DNA of 64,000 bases, from NCBI GenBank assembly GCA_016748015.1, contig JAAOMT010000034.1, positions 248,001 through 312,000 of the forward strand. Direction: 5' to 3'. Every line of letters starts with the position of its first letter. Position 1 is the stretch's first letter. Shown piece after piece: positions 22,525 to 35,200 of the stretch. The notes below the pieces were generated by a model. It made no database searches. It worked only from the letters and a program-made list of their open reading frames with translations, and had not been told where the DNA came from. Source of the DNA: Geosiphon pyriformis uo1. Its lineage: Eukaryota > Fungi > Glomeromycota. A program made the translations under genes and the position numbers.

Positions 22525-23335
22525 AAAATGTTAATTTTATTTGTGCAATTATTGTAAATATATTTAAAAAATCTAATAAATTTGTTATATATCTTAATTT
22601 TTTTTAAATTATTGCTTAAATATAATTAATCTACAAAATTATAAGCTTTACATATAATTTAAAAAACTAAGCATATCTTCTGGCCTTTTTTTAAAGCATT
22701 TTTAACAATAAATCTAACAGTTAAAATGGAAAATTAAGTTAAAATATCTTTTAATATTGAGAAATTATTTCTTTTTAAAATATTAAATTTGTTACAGATT
22801 ACAGAAATCTAATTAAAAAAAACTTTTTACAAAATTTTTTCTGTAATTTAATTAAAACAATCAGTCTAATATTTATTAATATATTTTTTGATTTAAATAA
22901 CTTTGAAATTATTAAAATTTAGGTTTTTTTTAAACATTAGAAACTATTTTTTTAATAAATACATATTTAACAAATCCAAAAGCCAAAACAAATTTATTGT
23001 AATGCTTTTATATTTTATTAGTAATCTTAGACAAACTAATAACTTTTTTCTTAAAAATATTTTTAACAATTAACAAAAACTTAACAAGACAAATTTACTT
23101 TATAATATTAAAAAATGTATTATTATCAATATAATTTAATAAAACAAATTATTTTTATTAATAAAATAAGATTATGTTTTTAACAAAATATTTTCTGGTT
23201 TAATTTTCTATAAGTAAATTTATTTTGGTTTTAATTACATCAGAATTTAAAACCAGTTTTCTATTATTAACCAAATAATTCAAAACAATTTTCTTAAAGA
23301 ATTGTTTTAAAACACTATTAATTATATAATTTTTA
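22525..23335 (-). pseudogene. Fossil LINE0 RT fragment, extremely AT-eroded
   Basis: Manual minus-strand translation ...INIRLIVLIK...NNFSILKD...VKNALKKGQKICLVF*IICKAYNFVD*...KIKIYNKFIRFF aligns with LINE TNTRPIALIE...NFSVLKG...VEDALEKNRKLWLVLQDMQKAYDSVGW...KIKMCNKFIWFF. Confidence 0.8.
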
Positions 23336-23344
23336 TTTTTATTT

Positions 23345-26300
23345 TTTTATTATTATTTAACAAGCAAGGTCCAAATACTACCTAGAATTATACATCAAAA
23401 AAATGATCTAAACTAGGCGTGAATCATGTATTTTTTACACATGATCAGCCATTCAAGCCAGTCAGGACAACACTACACAATTATATTAATTGAAACCGGG
23501 TCACCAATACCTGAAAAAAAAGAGCAAGATTTGCAAAAGCCAAAACGGATGCCAAAAGCTTCAGTAACACCAAGCAGCTTAACCACACCATCCGAAAATC
23601 TTGATGCCAAACCAGAAAGTGAGATGGGAACTGAGCCATCCACTGGGATCAGGTCATTCTTTTCCATGTATGCACGATGCTTAGCATGGACCAACCAAAT
23701 GTCATCCCTGAAAGCAATACAAATAGAGCACACAAAATCAGCAACTTTAACGCCAGCAATTTTGGGATCATGGAAGATGGAAACAGCCTTCTGAAGCCAT
23801 CCTTTGAAAACAAAACCCTTGCAAAAAGCCGAAAACACCAGAAAATCTGAAGCACAAGTTAACAGCAGCTGTAAAATGATTGAAAAAGGGAAGAAGAAAC
23901 CAGAAAGCACCATCCAAGAAAATATACAGGATTCCAAAACCCGACGATGAGCCGCATCATCAATTATACAAGAAAACACATGATCAGACACCTCCACCTC
24001 ACCACAATACAGACACAAAACACTAGGGTAACATTTATTATAAACATGCTTTTGAACAGCCATGGGAAGCTGATGGTGCAAAGCCTTTATGAGGTAAGTA
24101 CGAATATTAGCAGTGTGTCTGCTGGTGAAACCAGTTATCATATGCAAATCAGGATGCCAAACTCTAGAAGAGGCAAGCCAATCAACATCCGAGTACAAAT
24201 TACCAACTAGAAACCCAGAACTGGAACCGACCTCCCAGCATGCCCAACAGACAGCACGAAAAACATCTCAAACAAAGTATCTAGAATTACCAAAAACAAT
24301 ACCACCATCCACCAACAAAAAATGTTCATCCACATGAGGAGGGAGAAGCCAAACAGAGAAAGCTGCAGCATCAGCAATGCTATTAGCGCAATCATTTCCC
24401 AACACACCAGAATGGCCCTTAACTTTGTGCCAGCTAACCCTCAAATTTTTCCTGTGGATAATATTCCTAATATGCCAGCGCTCAACCCAACACTGATTAT
24501 GAAAGTCAGGATACATCAAGTTCACCTCCGACTTGCAAGCATCCAAAGCTGCCTGGTTATCTAAAAACAGGCAAACAGAATGATCTACAGGCATGCACTC
24601 CAGAGCCAACACTACAGCCTGCAACTCTGCCAAAGTAGACAACATCAAACCCTGAACACAGACACCCAAACCCAAGTTAATGTCCTCAAAAAAGGCAGCA
24701 GCCCTGGCCCTACAACCAGCCATGCCCAAATTTTTCACTGACCCATCCATATACACAGACAAACTATCAATGCTAATCTGAGAAAGATGATTACATACAG
24801 ACACAAAATCATCAGAACCATGAATGTCCACAGGGCCAACACCACCCAAAGCCAAAGGAGAGGAAGGTGCACTATTAAGAAATACAACAGAGCACTCAAA
24901 CCACTCAAACCACTCAGGAACCGGACCACAAAGATCCAGTTTCTTCCACTACTTAAAGATGTACTAATCGAAGATACCCCCATGACAATCCCGAAGCTGA
25001 TCCATAAAGGCAATACCATAACGCCAGAGAGAAGGCAAGTACTTAAAAAACAAGGATTTACCCAGAACAGCAGATATGGGCACCCCATTACGAAACCGAA
25101 AAGAGCTAGCCAAAGAGCCACCTAAAGACAAATTGCACCCAAAAAGAATGCGTACCATTCCTGACAAGAAATTATTGGAAACACTAACATGGATATGAGC
25201 CAGTGAACTTAATGGATGAATGGGGTGCCAACACAGAACTTGCAAGTTGTGAGACCTGTGACTAAACAATTGACCCAGAACCCTGCAGGAGTTTGCAAAA
25301 CTAATTAGTAAAGCAACCTTGCTTTCAGACTAACATTGTGAGAAGGACTTCAAACCATAAAAGGAAGGATGATAAATCATGTCACTAGGAAAATTGAGAG
25401 GAAGACCAGATTTAAGTTTCAAACCCTTGTGAATCAGAGCATCCCACTTGTTGCACACACCAACAGGGATAAAGCTGAACTGTGTCCTGTAGCTGACTAT
25501 AGGATGGAGAACTGCCAACACCAGATACAAAAACTGCTTATCTGAAACTGCTTTCTTTAGAACCAAATTGCTGAAAAAACGAACATTCGAATGTGCCTTA
25601 GCCAAACTAGGCTTAGAAAGACCATCAGATGAGAGAAAAATACCAAGATACTGATGAGATTCACCTTTTTTGGCTATAGAAATAGGTGAACCACTAATAA
25701 AAAGAGACAGATTGCTGATCCTGCTATTAATAAGAATGGCCACAGTTTTGTTGTTGTTGATTGAAATGTCATTAATTTGAAAAAATTCACTAGCAATATT
25801 GAGAATATGTTGAGTAGCAGTTTGACTGCTGCCAACCCAAATTGTGTTATCGACAAAAGCCTTAGCAGTGAAAAAAGTAGAAAACCCAGCCTGAGATTCA
25901 GTGCAACCATTCCTAAAGACAAAATGAGAATTGAGTCTATACCTGCATACACTCTTCTGATGCTTGACCTCACACAAAAGAGGATCATAAAATATGCACC
26001 AAAGAAGAGAGGAAAAAACTTCTCCCTAGTCCAACCCATCATGTACACTATAACCATCAGTTAAACCAAAATTTGTCATAATCCGATTGGTTTGATTTCT
26101 ATGAATATTACCGAAAAAACAAATAAACTTGCTACACATTTTGATCCTGACCAAACACTTCTCGAGATGCTCCCATCCAATAGAGTTGTACGCTTTTCAC
26201 ATATCCTGCAACACCAGCCAAAGCTTCCGGTTCTTTTCTAAAGCATCCTCAACAACTGAACCAATAGCAAAAATAGGAGTTTGGGTAGTCATACCCTTCA

Positions 26301-29300
26301 AAACTGAAAAATTATTCCCATGAAAAACGTCATGAGCACTGCACGCCAGCAATATCCTGTCGGAAAAAATCTTGAAGAGGATCTTGCGAGCTGTCTTGAT
26401 CAAGGCTATAGGTCTGGTATTTGTGAGAACACCTTCCCATTCATATGGTTTAGGGATCATCGAAACCCAAGCTTCCCTCCAAGAACCAGGCACAGACTCA
26501 TGAGACAGACAAGAATTCAGTAGCATCAAGAGCATATTCAGAACAGACCTATCATTATGCATCCACAGCTCATTCAAAATACCCAAAAGACCAGCAGCCT
26601 TGCCAACAGGCAAATCAGAAACCACGCCAAACAATTCCAAAAACTCAATTGGCTACATTACACCAGAAAAAGCCTTATCAAAAACGTAATCCAATGGCCG
26701 ATACTGATGGTGCTACACATCAGAGACATCAGGAACCACCCTATGCTTTCTAATCTATTCTTCTATGATTTCATCCATTCTTGATCTCACAGGACCAGGT
26801 TCTATAACCAGCTCATTGTCCACAACTAAGTAATCCAAGATGACCTTATGGGAAGAGTGCTCCAGAACGCTCCGAATAGTGTGACCCTTGTTCAGCTCAA
26901 AACTTTCCATCCTCTTATAGATTGCCAATTTGATTTAAGATTGCTCTACATGCTTTGATTTTGCCATTTTAAGTGAGTGATAAGTTTTTCTGATCTTGGA
27001 AAGAGCTGACTGAACAGTATCAAGAGGTGAGCCAGAGAGAAAGAGAGACCTGACCACAGAGGCATTATCATCATCAAGAGAACCCCAGACTTCCAATAGT
27101 GAAATGAATTTGTCACGACAAATCGACTGAGAAGCTTTAACCAGCTTCGATATCAAAAGTTTTAACTTATGAAATTTGAATGATTCCTTAGTGAAGACAC
27201 CATCATAGTTCTTAAACCATTTCTTCTTAAACACCTTATCAACTAAAAGAACCATTATCTTACGAACAATGTTCCACATTATATTCAAATCTGAGAATCA
27301 CTGGGAGGCAATAAAATTATCAGAGAACATGGCAGCATTAGCTGCCGTAGCACCCTTGAACTTGTTTTATTTCGTGTTATCAGCACCCTTAAAATTAAAC
27401 TTCCAATAATCTCTATTTGCCTGTTTGTGAAGAGAGTTCAATTGCACGTCCAATAAACCACCTAAACCCAAAGACATGGAAACAGCCTGATGGTCCATTT
27501 TGAAATGTTCACCAACATCTGAGACATCATGGTGTACTATCATATTAACTAAATTTGAAGAAACTAACACATAGTCAATTGTTTTCTTAATACTTCTAGA
27601 GTTTGCCCAAGTAGGCAATTTCACAGCTGGGCTTTCTACCAAAGAATTTACCAGACCCAAATCAAGGCACTTCCTAAAACTTGCACATTTATGAGAACTA
27701 TCTTCATTGAAATTGCCACCAAGAACAATGAAAGAAGATTCATTGACAGCTTTCACAATGAGAGAGTTGATCTCACCAGCCTAAAAAAACCAAACTGCCA
27801 GAGAAGCACCAGCATAAAGCCCCAGAATCAACACAGAAAGTTTACTCTTGAAAAGTAATTTAACAGACAAGAGCCGACTAGGCACCTCAGAAACTTTGCA
27901 CATATGATGAGCCAAAGAAACGTCCATGATAACAGCAACACCCACACCCAAGTGACCAGAGTCTGAACCAGAAGTGAACACTCAGACATTATCAAACTTA
28001 TCTGCAATCCATGAACAAACCTTACTCCTTAGTTTTGTTTCAGTAATAATAGAGACCAAATTGTTCATTTCCTTATGCCACCTAATAATGTTCTCCTGCT
28101 TAGCAGAATTGTTCATGCCTCTGACATTGCATGTAGCAACTTTTCAGACCAAACTGCTCATTAAATGAGGGGTAGAGACACCAAGCACACACCTATACTA
28201 TTCACTTTGGCCGAAAGGCCCAAAACCGTTTCCATTAAACACTTCATACTGTCTTCTAGCTTAGACACTGAAGACATATTGAAAGACACCACTCCCACAA
28301 CAGTCCCACCACTAGTGAACACACCCGAGCTCTCACTCATTACTACATCCACCTCTTGATCCTGTGATGAAGGGGTCACTAATGGCTGACATTCAGAGCT
28401 AGGCTGAGGAACTATTGGCCCGAGTGCATCCAACCTCTTAGCCAGCTTACCAACATGTTCCATGAGGCAGGCAAGACTGCACTCAAGAGCAGCGAACCTA
28501 TTGTTGACCTCCATCATAACCAGCAGGAACGGCTTCATCTCTAAAGAAGAGCCATTGTCTACCAAAACTTTCTGACTAGAGAGGGGGAGCAAAGAAGACC
28601 CGTGAGCAACCTTTGTCCAAGAGAGACCACCAAAAAAGACTGGACGAGCAACTGGAGCCGAGCGTTTGGCATAAATGGCCACCAGCCTGCTTTTATCCAT
28701 GTCTGAGAAAGCCCTATGCAGCAAATTACCAGAAGAAAACTTCCCGCCAACTACACAACCCAATGACATATGACCCAACTTCTTACACTTGGTGCATTTA
28801 GCAGAGATGAGATGAGACCAGCGGAAATTGGTGTTTCTAAGTACTGGCATGGTTCCCACAGCAGCATCCAATGATTCAGCAGAGTCAAAGCAAACAACAG
28901 CACACCTGGCTCGAGCATATGTAATAGAATGATGATCAATGACGCATGTTTTTCCACCCACAGATTTAACAAAATCCCAGATATTATGAGTATTAGTCTC
29001 TATTGGCAATGTGTAGAACAGTGCCCTATGTCAATTTCTTGCATCCCATGCCTCTTTGTCTGAATCAGCCCTGGCCACACATACAGCATTTTTTCTGATT
29101 AGAATGGACCACTCAGCTGCAACCAAATCAGCCTGATCCAGTTGCTCGAATTCTACCACTGCCTTCTGCTACAGCCCAATTAACTGCATCTTGATCGCCT
29201 TAATAACTTCAAACTCAGATAGTGCAGCATGCACAGCCTCAGCCGATGTTCCAATTAGAATTTCTTTTATGACCACAGCCCAATCTAATTGCCCAGATGA

Positions 29301-30090
29301 TTTTTTGAGATTGGTGTTTACTAGGATCTTTGCACTTGCAGCCTTATCAGTAGCTTTCATTAGACTCGATTCGGAAGTGAACATCACTCTGATGATTTCT
29401 GAGAATTTTGTGGGGGTAGATGCCCCTCCAAAACCATTGATTCTAGAAAATAATTTCCTCACTACCACAAGCTTTTCCTGAGAAGAATTGCCAGCCACCT
29501 TATCCAAGCCAATATCTAACGTGAATGACTTCCTGACTGAAACATTGACCAAGTTTTCAAAGGAGAGGGGAGCTCAAAAGGAGCATTCGAGAGAATACTA
29601 TTACCATCACTCTTCTTTGAGAAATCAATTTTTCCTAACGGCTTGCCTAATGCCTTCTTGGTTTTGACTTTTGAACTCATGGGTGTTTGATCATGATCCC
29701 CACCAGCCAGAGCACCACCTTTACCAAAATCAAAGCTGGTCTCCTCCACCAGACACTCCTCTTCTATATCAATACTCTCAGACTCAGTAGTGTCCCCAGT
29801 TTCTGAATTCCATGAATGGCTCTTCTGGACTTTAGAAGCCACTTTTTCGCCACTGGAACCATCTTCTAAAACACTTCTCCTCCTCTTCTTTCTTGACAAG
29901 ACTGTCTCAAAACCATCACCAGAATTAGAACTCTTAGCAGCTTTCTTCATGACAGCAGTATATGGGCCAACAGTAGTCTTGTAATCGAACAGAAACAGTT
30001 TAAAGATATTGTACTGAATGGTAAAAACTTCTTTCAAAAAAACTTTTTAGACTCTTTTTTGGGATTTGTGGATGAACGAAAGAAAGAAGT
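23345..30090 (-). mobile_element. LINE2: near full-length non-LTR retrotransposon (ORF1; ORF2 APE-RT-RNase H-zinc finger), degenerate
   Basis: ORF1 ~28158-29950 with CTKCKKLGH. ORF2 23473-28161 has APE, RT (AFVDN), RNase H (YMDGS, AELQA, FLDNQA, KVKGHSG..GN) and CLYCGEVEVSDHVFSC. The 3' UTR and A-rich tail are at 23345-23470. Confidence 0.93.
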
Positions 30091-30094
30091 TTAT

Positions 30095-30755
30095 TAATAT
30101 TTAATTTTTATTATTAACAAAAGTCTTTATATACTTAATAATAGTACTTTAAATATGCAATTTTTTAACAGTTTTAGATTCATATATTTTATAAAACTTA
30201 TAAGTTTTTTTTAAACAAGCCAAAAATTGTTTAATTTTATTATTATTAAAATTATTACTTAAAAAGTTCAAAAATTTTATAGCCAATTTTAAGTTAAGTT
30301 TAATTTACAAATTTATTAGTATATTAAATTTTTCCAAATTACTCAACTTAAATGTTTTTAAAATTCTGAAAATAAGTAATTTCAATTTGTAAATTTTAAA
30401 AAATATAATATTTTTAACTAAATTTTATTTTAAAATTATATTTTAAACAATATAATATTAATTATATTATATAAGATCTTATTAAATACAATTTATATTT
30501 TATTAAAATCATGTTTTTTCTTACTAACTTTAAATTTATTTACAACTTATAAAGTAGTATTTAAAAAAAACTGTTAAATTTGTCTATATTTTTTTATTAA
30601 TATTAGTAATTTTATATTTTTATTGGTTTTTATTGGTTTTTTTGTATATATAATTAAGTTAAAAACTCAAAAAAATTTTCAACTCAATATTTATTAATAA
30701 TGCTATATAATTTATATTAAAAAACTTATTAGATCAATAATTTTGTTAATTATAT
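30095..30755 (-). pseudogene. Fossil LINE0 endonuclease-RT linker fragment
   Basis: Minus-strand KFFNINYIALLINIEL and KTYKFYKIYESK...I*STIIKYIKTFVNNK match EFFDTDHWAVSMSVSL and KSYRTSKLAES...IKSAIDRRIESFKTNK of LINE1. Confidence 0.65.
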
Positions 30756-31494
30756 TGTTACAAGTTAGAGTAACAAGCTAACGGATAGCAAAGGAGAACA
30801 GTATTGTATAGTGATGGAAATAAACAAAGAGGAAATTACAATAAGGGAGCAAATTGAATAAGTAGAAATTCAATGTGCGTGATCAGTCTCATAAAAATTA
30901 CAGTCACTAATCTTTTCTTAAATCTGAAGGTAGAGAAATAGTCCATGATTGTCAACAAAATAACACTGCTGCTATTATTCTATGCCTCAACTTAGCAATT
31001 TTTAGAATCAATAACAGGTATTATTGTACTTTTCAATCGTTTCTTTATTCAATGAATTACAAGAACAAGCCAATTGCTTCTCAGGCTAATTCTAACAAAT
31101 ACAAATCAAGAAGGGGAAAAGATAAGGTATGTGAATACCAACAAGTAGATACTTGAAGATAAGGAAAGGTGAATAAGTGATTATGAGAGGAAGTAATTGA
31201 TATTGTTTATTTTGTTACTTTTAATCATGTTTTTTTACAGCTAAGGGAATCATCACTTATATAGCTATCTAAAGTGGTCAACAATCAGATCAATAATCAG
31301 GTCAATGATCAGATCAATGATTAGGTCAACGATCAGGTTATTGATCAGGTCAATAATCAGGTCAATAATTAGGTCAACGGTCAGGTCATTGATTAGGTCA
31401 ACAATCACTATCTAAAAATAGGGTGGCTAATTATATGACATCAGTGGCTAATACATGTAATAACTAATAAAAACTATGAGTTTCAACCATAACA
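30756..31494 (-). repeat. 3' LTR of C (11 copies of a 12-bp unit at 31276-31407)
   Basis: Aligns with 37831-38485; unit consensus GGTCAAYGATCA. Confidence 0.93.
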
Positions 31495-31504
31495 TCATCC
31501 TCTC

Positions 31505-32216
31505 CAAAAAAATTGAGCTCCAGTGAAATCAAGCTATTTATGGGATAGTCTATGTGAAGGGTTTTGTCTAACTCAAAACTAACTAGTTTGTTGAAGTCTT
31601 TTGTGGATAGGGTATATAATACTTAAGGTAAAATAAGTTTTGTATCCAAGAGACCAAATCTTTGTATAAGAGTTCTGGCTCTTTTAGCAATAGTCAAAAC
31701 TCTTGGGACATCCAATTATATAATGCCCAAAATTTTTCCTTGTATCTCTGAAGTTGTTTTCTTCATGAGCTTCATGTCTTTTATGATTTCACCAAGACAA
31801 CCATAGAGTTCTAGTTGTCTTCTATATGACAAGTTTTTGTCTATGGGCAAGATTTTTTATATCATTTTTCCAATTGTGCTAGAAGGTGAAAGTATCACTG
31901 CTGTTATGCTTTCCAGCAGATATTTATCCATTTTGCCACCAATTCTTTTTCTTCTGGTAGTTGTTTTCTTTGGTCTAATAACAGTATGAGTTCTACTGTT
32001 ATTTGTTATGATGGTTTGTTTTCCAATAGTCAGAGTAGCATTTGGATAGTTCTTGATCCAGTATTCATGGAGAGTATAGAAAGTGTTTTGAATGTTTTGA
32101 TCCAGAAAATAATTGTTTATGTCGATTGAAGATACCTTTGTTTTGGGAATAGTGCATTTATTTATATCTGATTTTTGCTGATCATTTGGGTCAGTATTAC
32201 CACAACAGGTAACCAA
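31505..32216 (-). pseudogene. Accessory ORF3 of C (unknown function)
   Basis: ORF 31857-32216 continues in frame through stops: ...LELYGCLGEIIKD...IAKRARTLIQRFG...LYTLSTKDFNKL; it ends at the PPT. Confidence 0.6.
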
Positions 32217-35200
32217 TCAGGTCGTTTGTGATATTCTTGAGTCGCATGCCATGAACAGGGTGATCACTGAATATTGTTCCATATTGATCTTGTAGGATAT
32301 ATGAACCATTGTTCAAAACTTTGTTGACTATAAAAGGTTCTTTCCAGCAGCTAGAGAATTTATCACCATAGACATTGTCTCTGTCTGAATGGTATTCCAA
32401 AACTAAGTCACCAACACTTAAGAAAAGTGTTTTATAGGTCTTTTTTTTCTTTTTGAGCTTCTCTTGGAACTGTTTTATCTTTTCAAAGGCAATTATCCGT
32501 GTTTCTACCAATGAGTCAAGAATGGTACCAAGTTTTCTTTGCAAAATGTTCTTGTAATCTTCTATTGTTATTTCTTCAAAAAGTATTGTTTCTATATTTA
32601 TTTTTATTGGTAGAGTTGTCATTCGTTCATAGAGCAGATAAAAGGGTTCATAACTTGTTATGTCATGATTTACAGTTCTGTAGGTGAACAAAGCTGAAGG
32701 CAATACTTTGTCCCATAGGTTGGTTTCTTCACTGGTTTTGGCTAGGGTTTCATATAGTGTTCTATTAAAATGTTCCACTAGGCCATTTGTTTGGGGGTGA
32801 TAAGGGGAAGAGAGTTTATGACGTATTCCCATTTTTCTGCAAAGTTTTTCAACCAGTGTACTGAGAAAAGCTCTTCTTCTGTCAGATAAAAGTTCTTTGG
32901 GGCAGCCATGGCGACAAATGATATTTTCATAAATGAAATTGGCAATTGAGACTGCTGTTTGATCTGGGGTGGCTCTTACTTCTACCCACTTTGTAAGATA
33001 GTCGGTAGCTGTGATAATGTATCTGTTGCCATCAGGAGTTACTATTAAAGGTCCAACAACATCTATACCAATTCTGTCAAATGTTGACTAACAGAGATTG
33101 GATGAATATCTTCCTTGCAATTGGGTTTTCCTCTTCTTTGGCAGGTATCACAGGTTTTGATGTATTTAGCAATGTCTTTTCCCAAGGTAGGCCAATAATA
33201 ATGAGCTAGAGTTTTCTGAATTGTTTTTGTTTTTCCGAAGTGTCCAGCTAATAAATCAGTGTGCATATTGTAGATCACAATTTCTCTTTCTTCAAATCTG
33301 ATGACTCTCTAGGGGCAGTCAGGATCTTTTTGATTTCTTTTATAAAATTGGTTCTGGTGAATCAAATAGAAATTTGATTGTTTGTGCAAATGTTCTCTTT
33401 GTTGTTGTGTGTATTTTGGTGGGTATTGTTCTTTACCCAAAAATTCTATTAAGGCAGAGTAGTTGTCCAAGTCCATTATCATGTTTGTCAAAAAAGAGAA
33501 ATTACTAATAATTAAGTTGGTTTGGTTTGAGAGGGTTGTTCTGTCATTGAATGGTAAGTCTGGAAAGAGTGTCAGTGTTTTGATGATTAGCTTTTTTGTG
33601 GTGTTGAATGTCATAGTTAAATTCATCCAAGTGGAGTATTCAGCGAGTTATCCATTTATGTTCCAGGTTTTTTTTGTTGTGTAGCTAAATCAAAGCTTGA
33701 TGATCTGTTACCACCAAAAATTTTACACCTTTAAGATATTTGTCCCAGTAGCTGATAGCCCAAACTACTGCTAAGCATTCTTGCTCTGTAACTGAGTAGT
33801 TCCTTTCTGCTGGTGTAAGAGTTCTACTGGCATATGCTATGGCATGTTTCCTGCCATCTTCGTCTTTCTGGGAAAGAACAGCACTAAGTCCATAGCCAGA
33901 TACATCAGTATGGAGAATAAAAAATTGATCCAGATTAGGTTGCATGAGGATAGGTTCTGTAACCAGTTTTTCCTTCAGAATTTCAAATGCTTTTTGTTGA
34001 TAAGTGCCCCAGTGATAATTGATGTTTTTCCTAAGTAGCTGATTGAGAGAAGTGGCAATTTTGGAGAAATTTTTGACAAACTTGTGATAATAAGAGGCCA
34101 AACCAAGAAAAGAGCGTAGTTTATAAATATTCATTGGTTGTCTAATGTTTTAAACTTTTTCAATTTTGGCTGGATCAGAGAAGATTCCATTTTTTGTAAT
34201 AAGATGACCAAGAAACTGGGTGGATTGATGTCCAAAAAATGATTTGATTGGATTGATCTTGAGGCCAGCATTTCTAAGGAGGTCAAAAACCTTTTGCAAA
34301 TGTTCAAGGTGTTTATCCCAGGTTTTTGAATATACCATTATGTCATCCAAGTAGACTAGAACAAAGTTTTCTTTTACTGATTCAAATACTTTGTTCATTA
34401 AGCATTGAAAGGTGAAAGGAGCATTTGTGAGACCAAAAGGCATGACTGTGAATTCGTAGGTGCCATACTTGGTGATGAAGGCAGTTTTCTTTCTGCTTTC
34501 TGGATCCATCTCTACTTGCCAGAATCCAGCAATTAAGTCAATGGTTGAGAAGAAAGTGGCAACATGGAATTGGTCTAGCATTGCATCAATCTTGAGAAGT
34601 GGGTACATGTCTCTTTCAGTAATGGCATTTAATTGGCAATAGTCAACACAAAAGCATAGGGTTCCTTTTTTCTTGGATATTACTACAACTGGGAATGTCC
34701 ATTCACTCTTGGTTTCCTGTATGAATCCAAGAGTTTTTATTCAGGTTATTTCTTTTTTGATAAACTTATCATTGCACCAGTTGGATTGATAGGGCTTCAA
34801 ATGGATGGGGCGAGTTTCTCTGGTAATAATGGTGTGTTATATCACATGTGTACGTCCAGGAGATTCACTTTTTTTTGAGACAACTGGGCTGTTTCTAGCC
34901 AGCAGGTTTTCAATGTCTATCTTTCTTTCTTCTGGAGAGAGTTCTCTTTGTTCTACAACCAGTGATTGGATTTCAGGTGGTTCATTTTCAAAGAACTTTT
35001 GGACTTCTTTTATTTCCTCATGGGGTATCAAGCTGATTGGTTCCCAATCTTTGTAATAGATCAGGCAGGACATGCATTCATCACTAGGAGAATACAATGG
35101 TTTGTCGCACCAGCACCGGGCACAAGGACCATGCCACCAATAACTGTATTTGGCTTTCTTGCCTGGCTTTCTGTTAAAGGTTCTTCTGAGCATGTTATAA

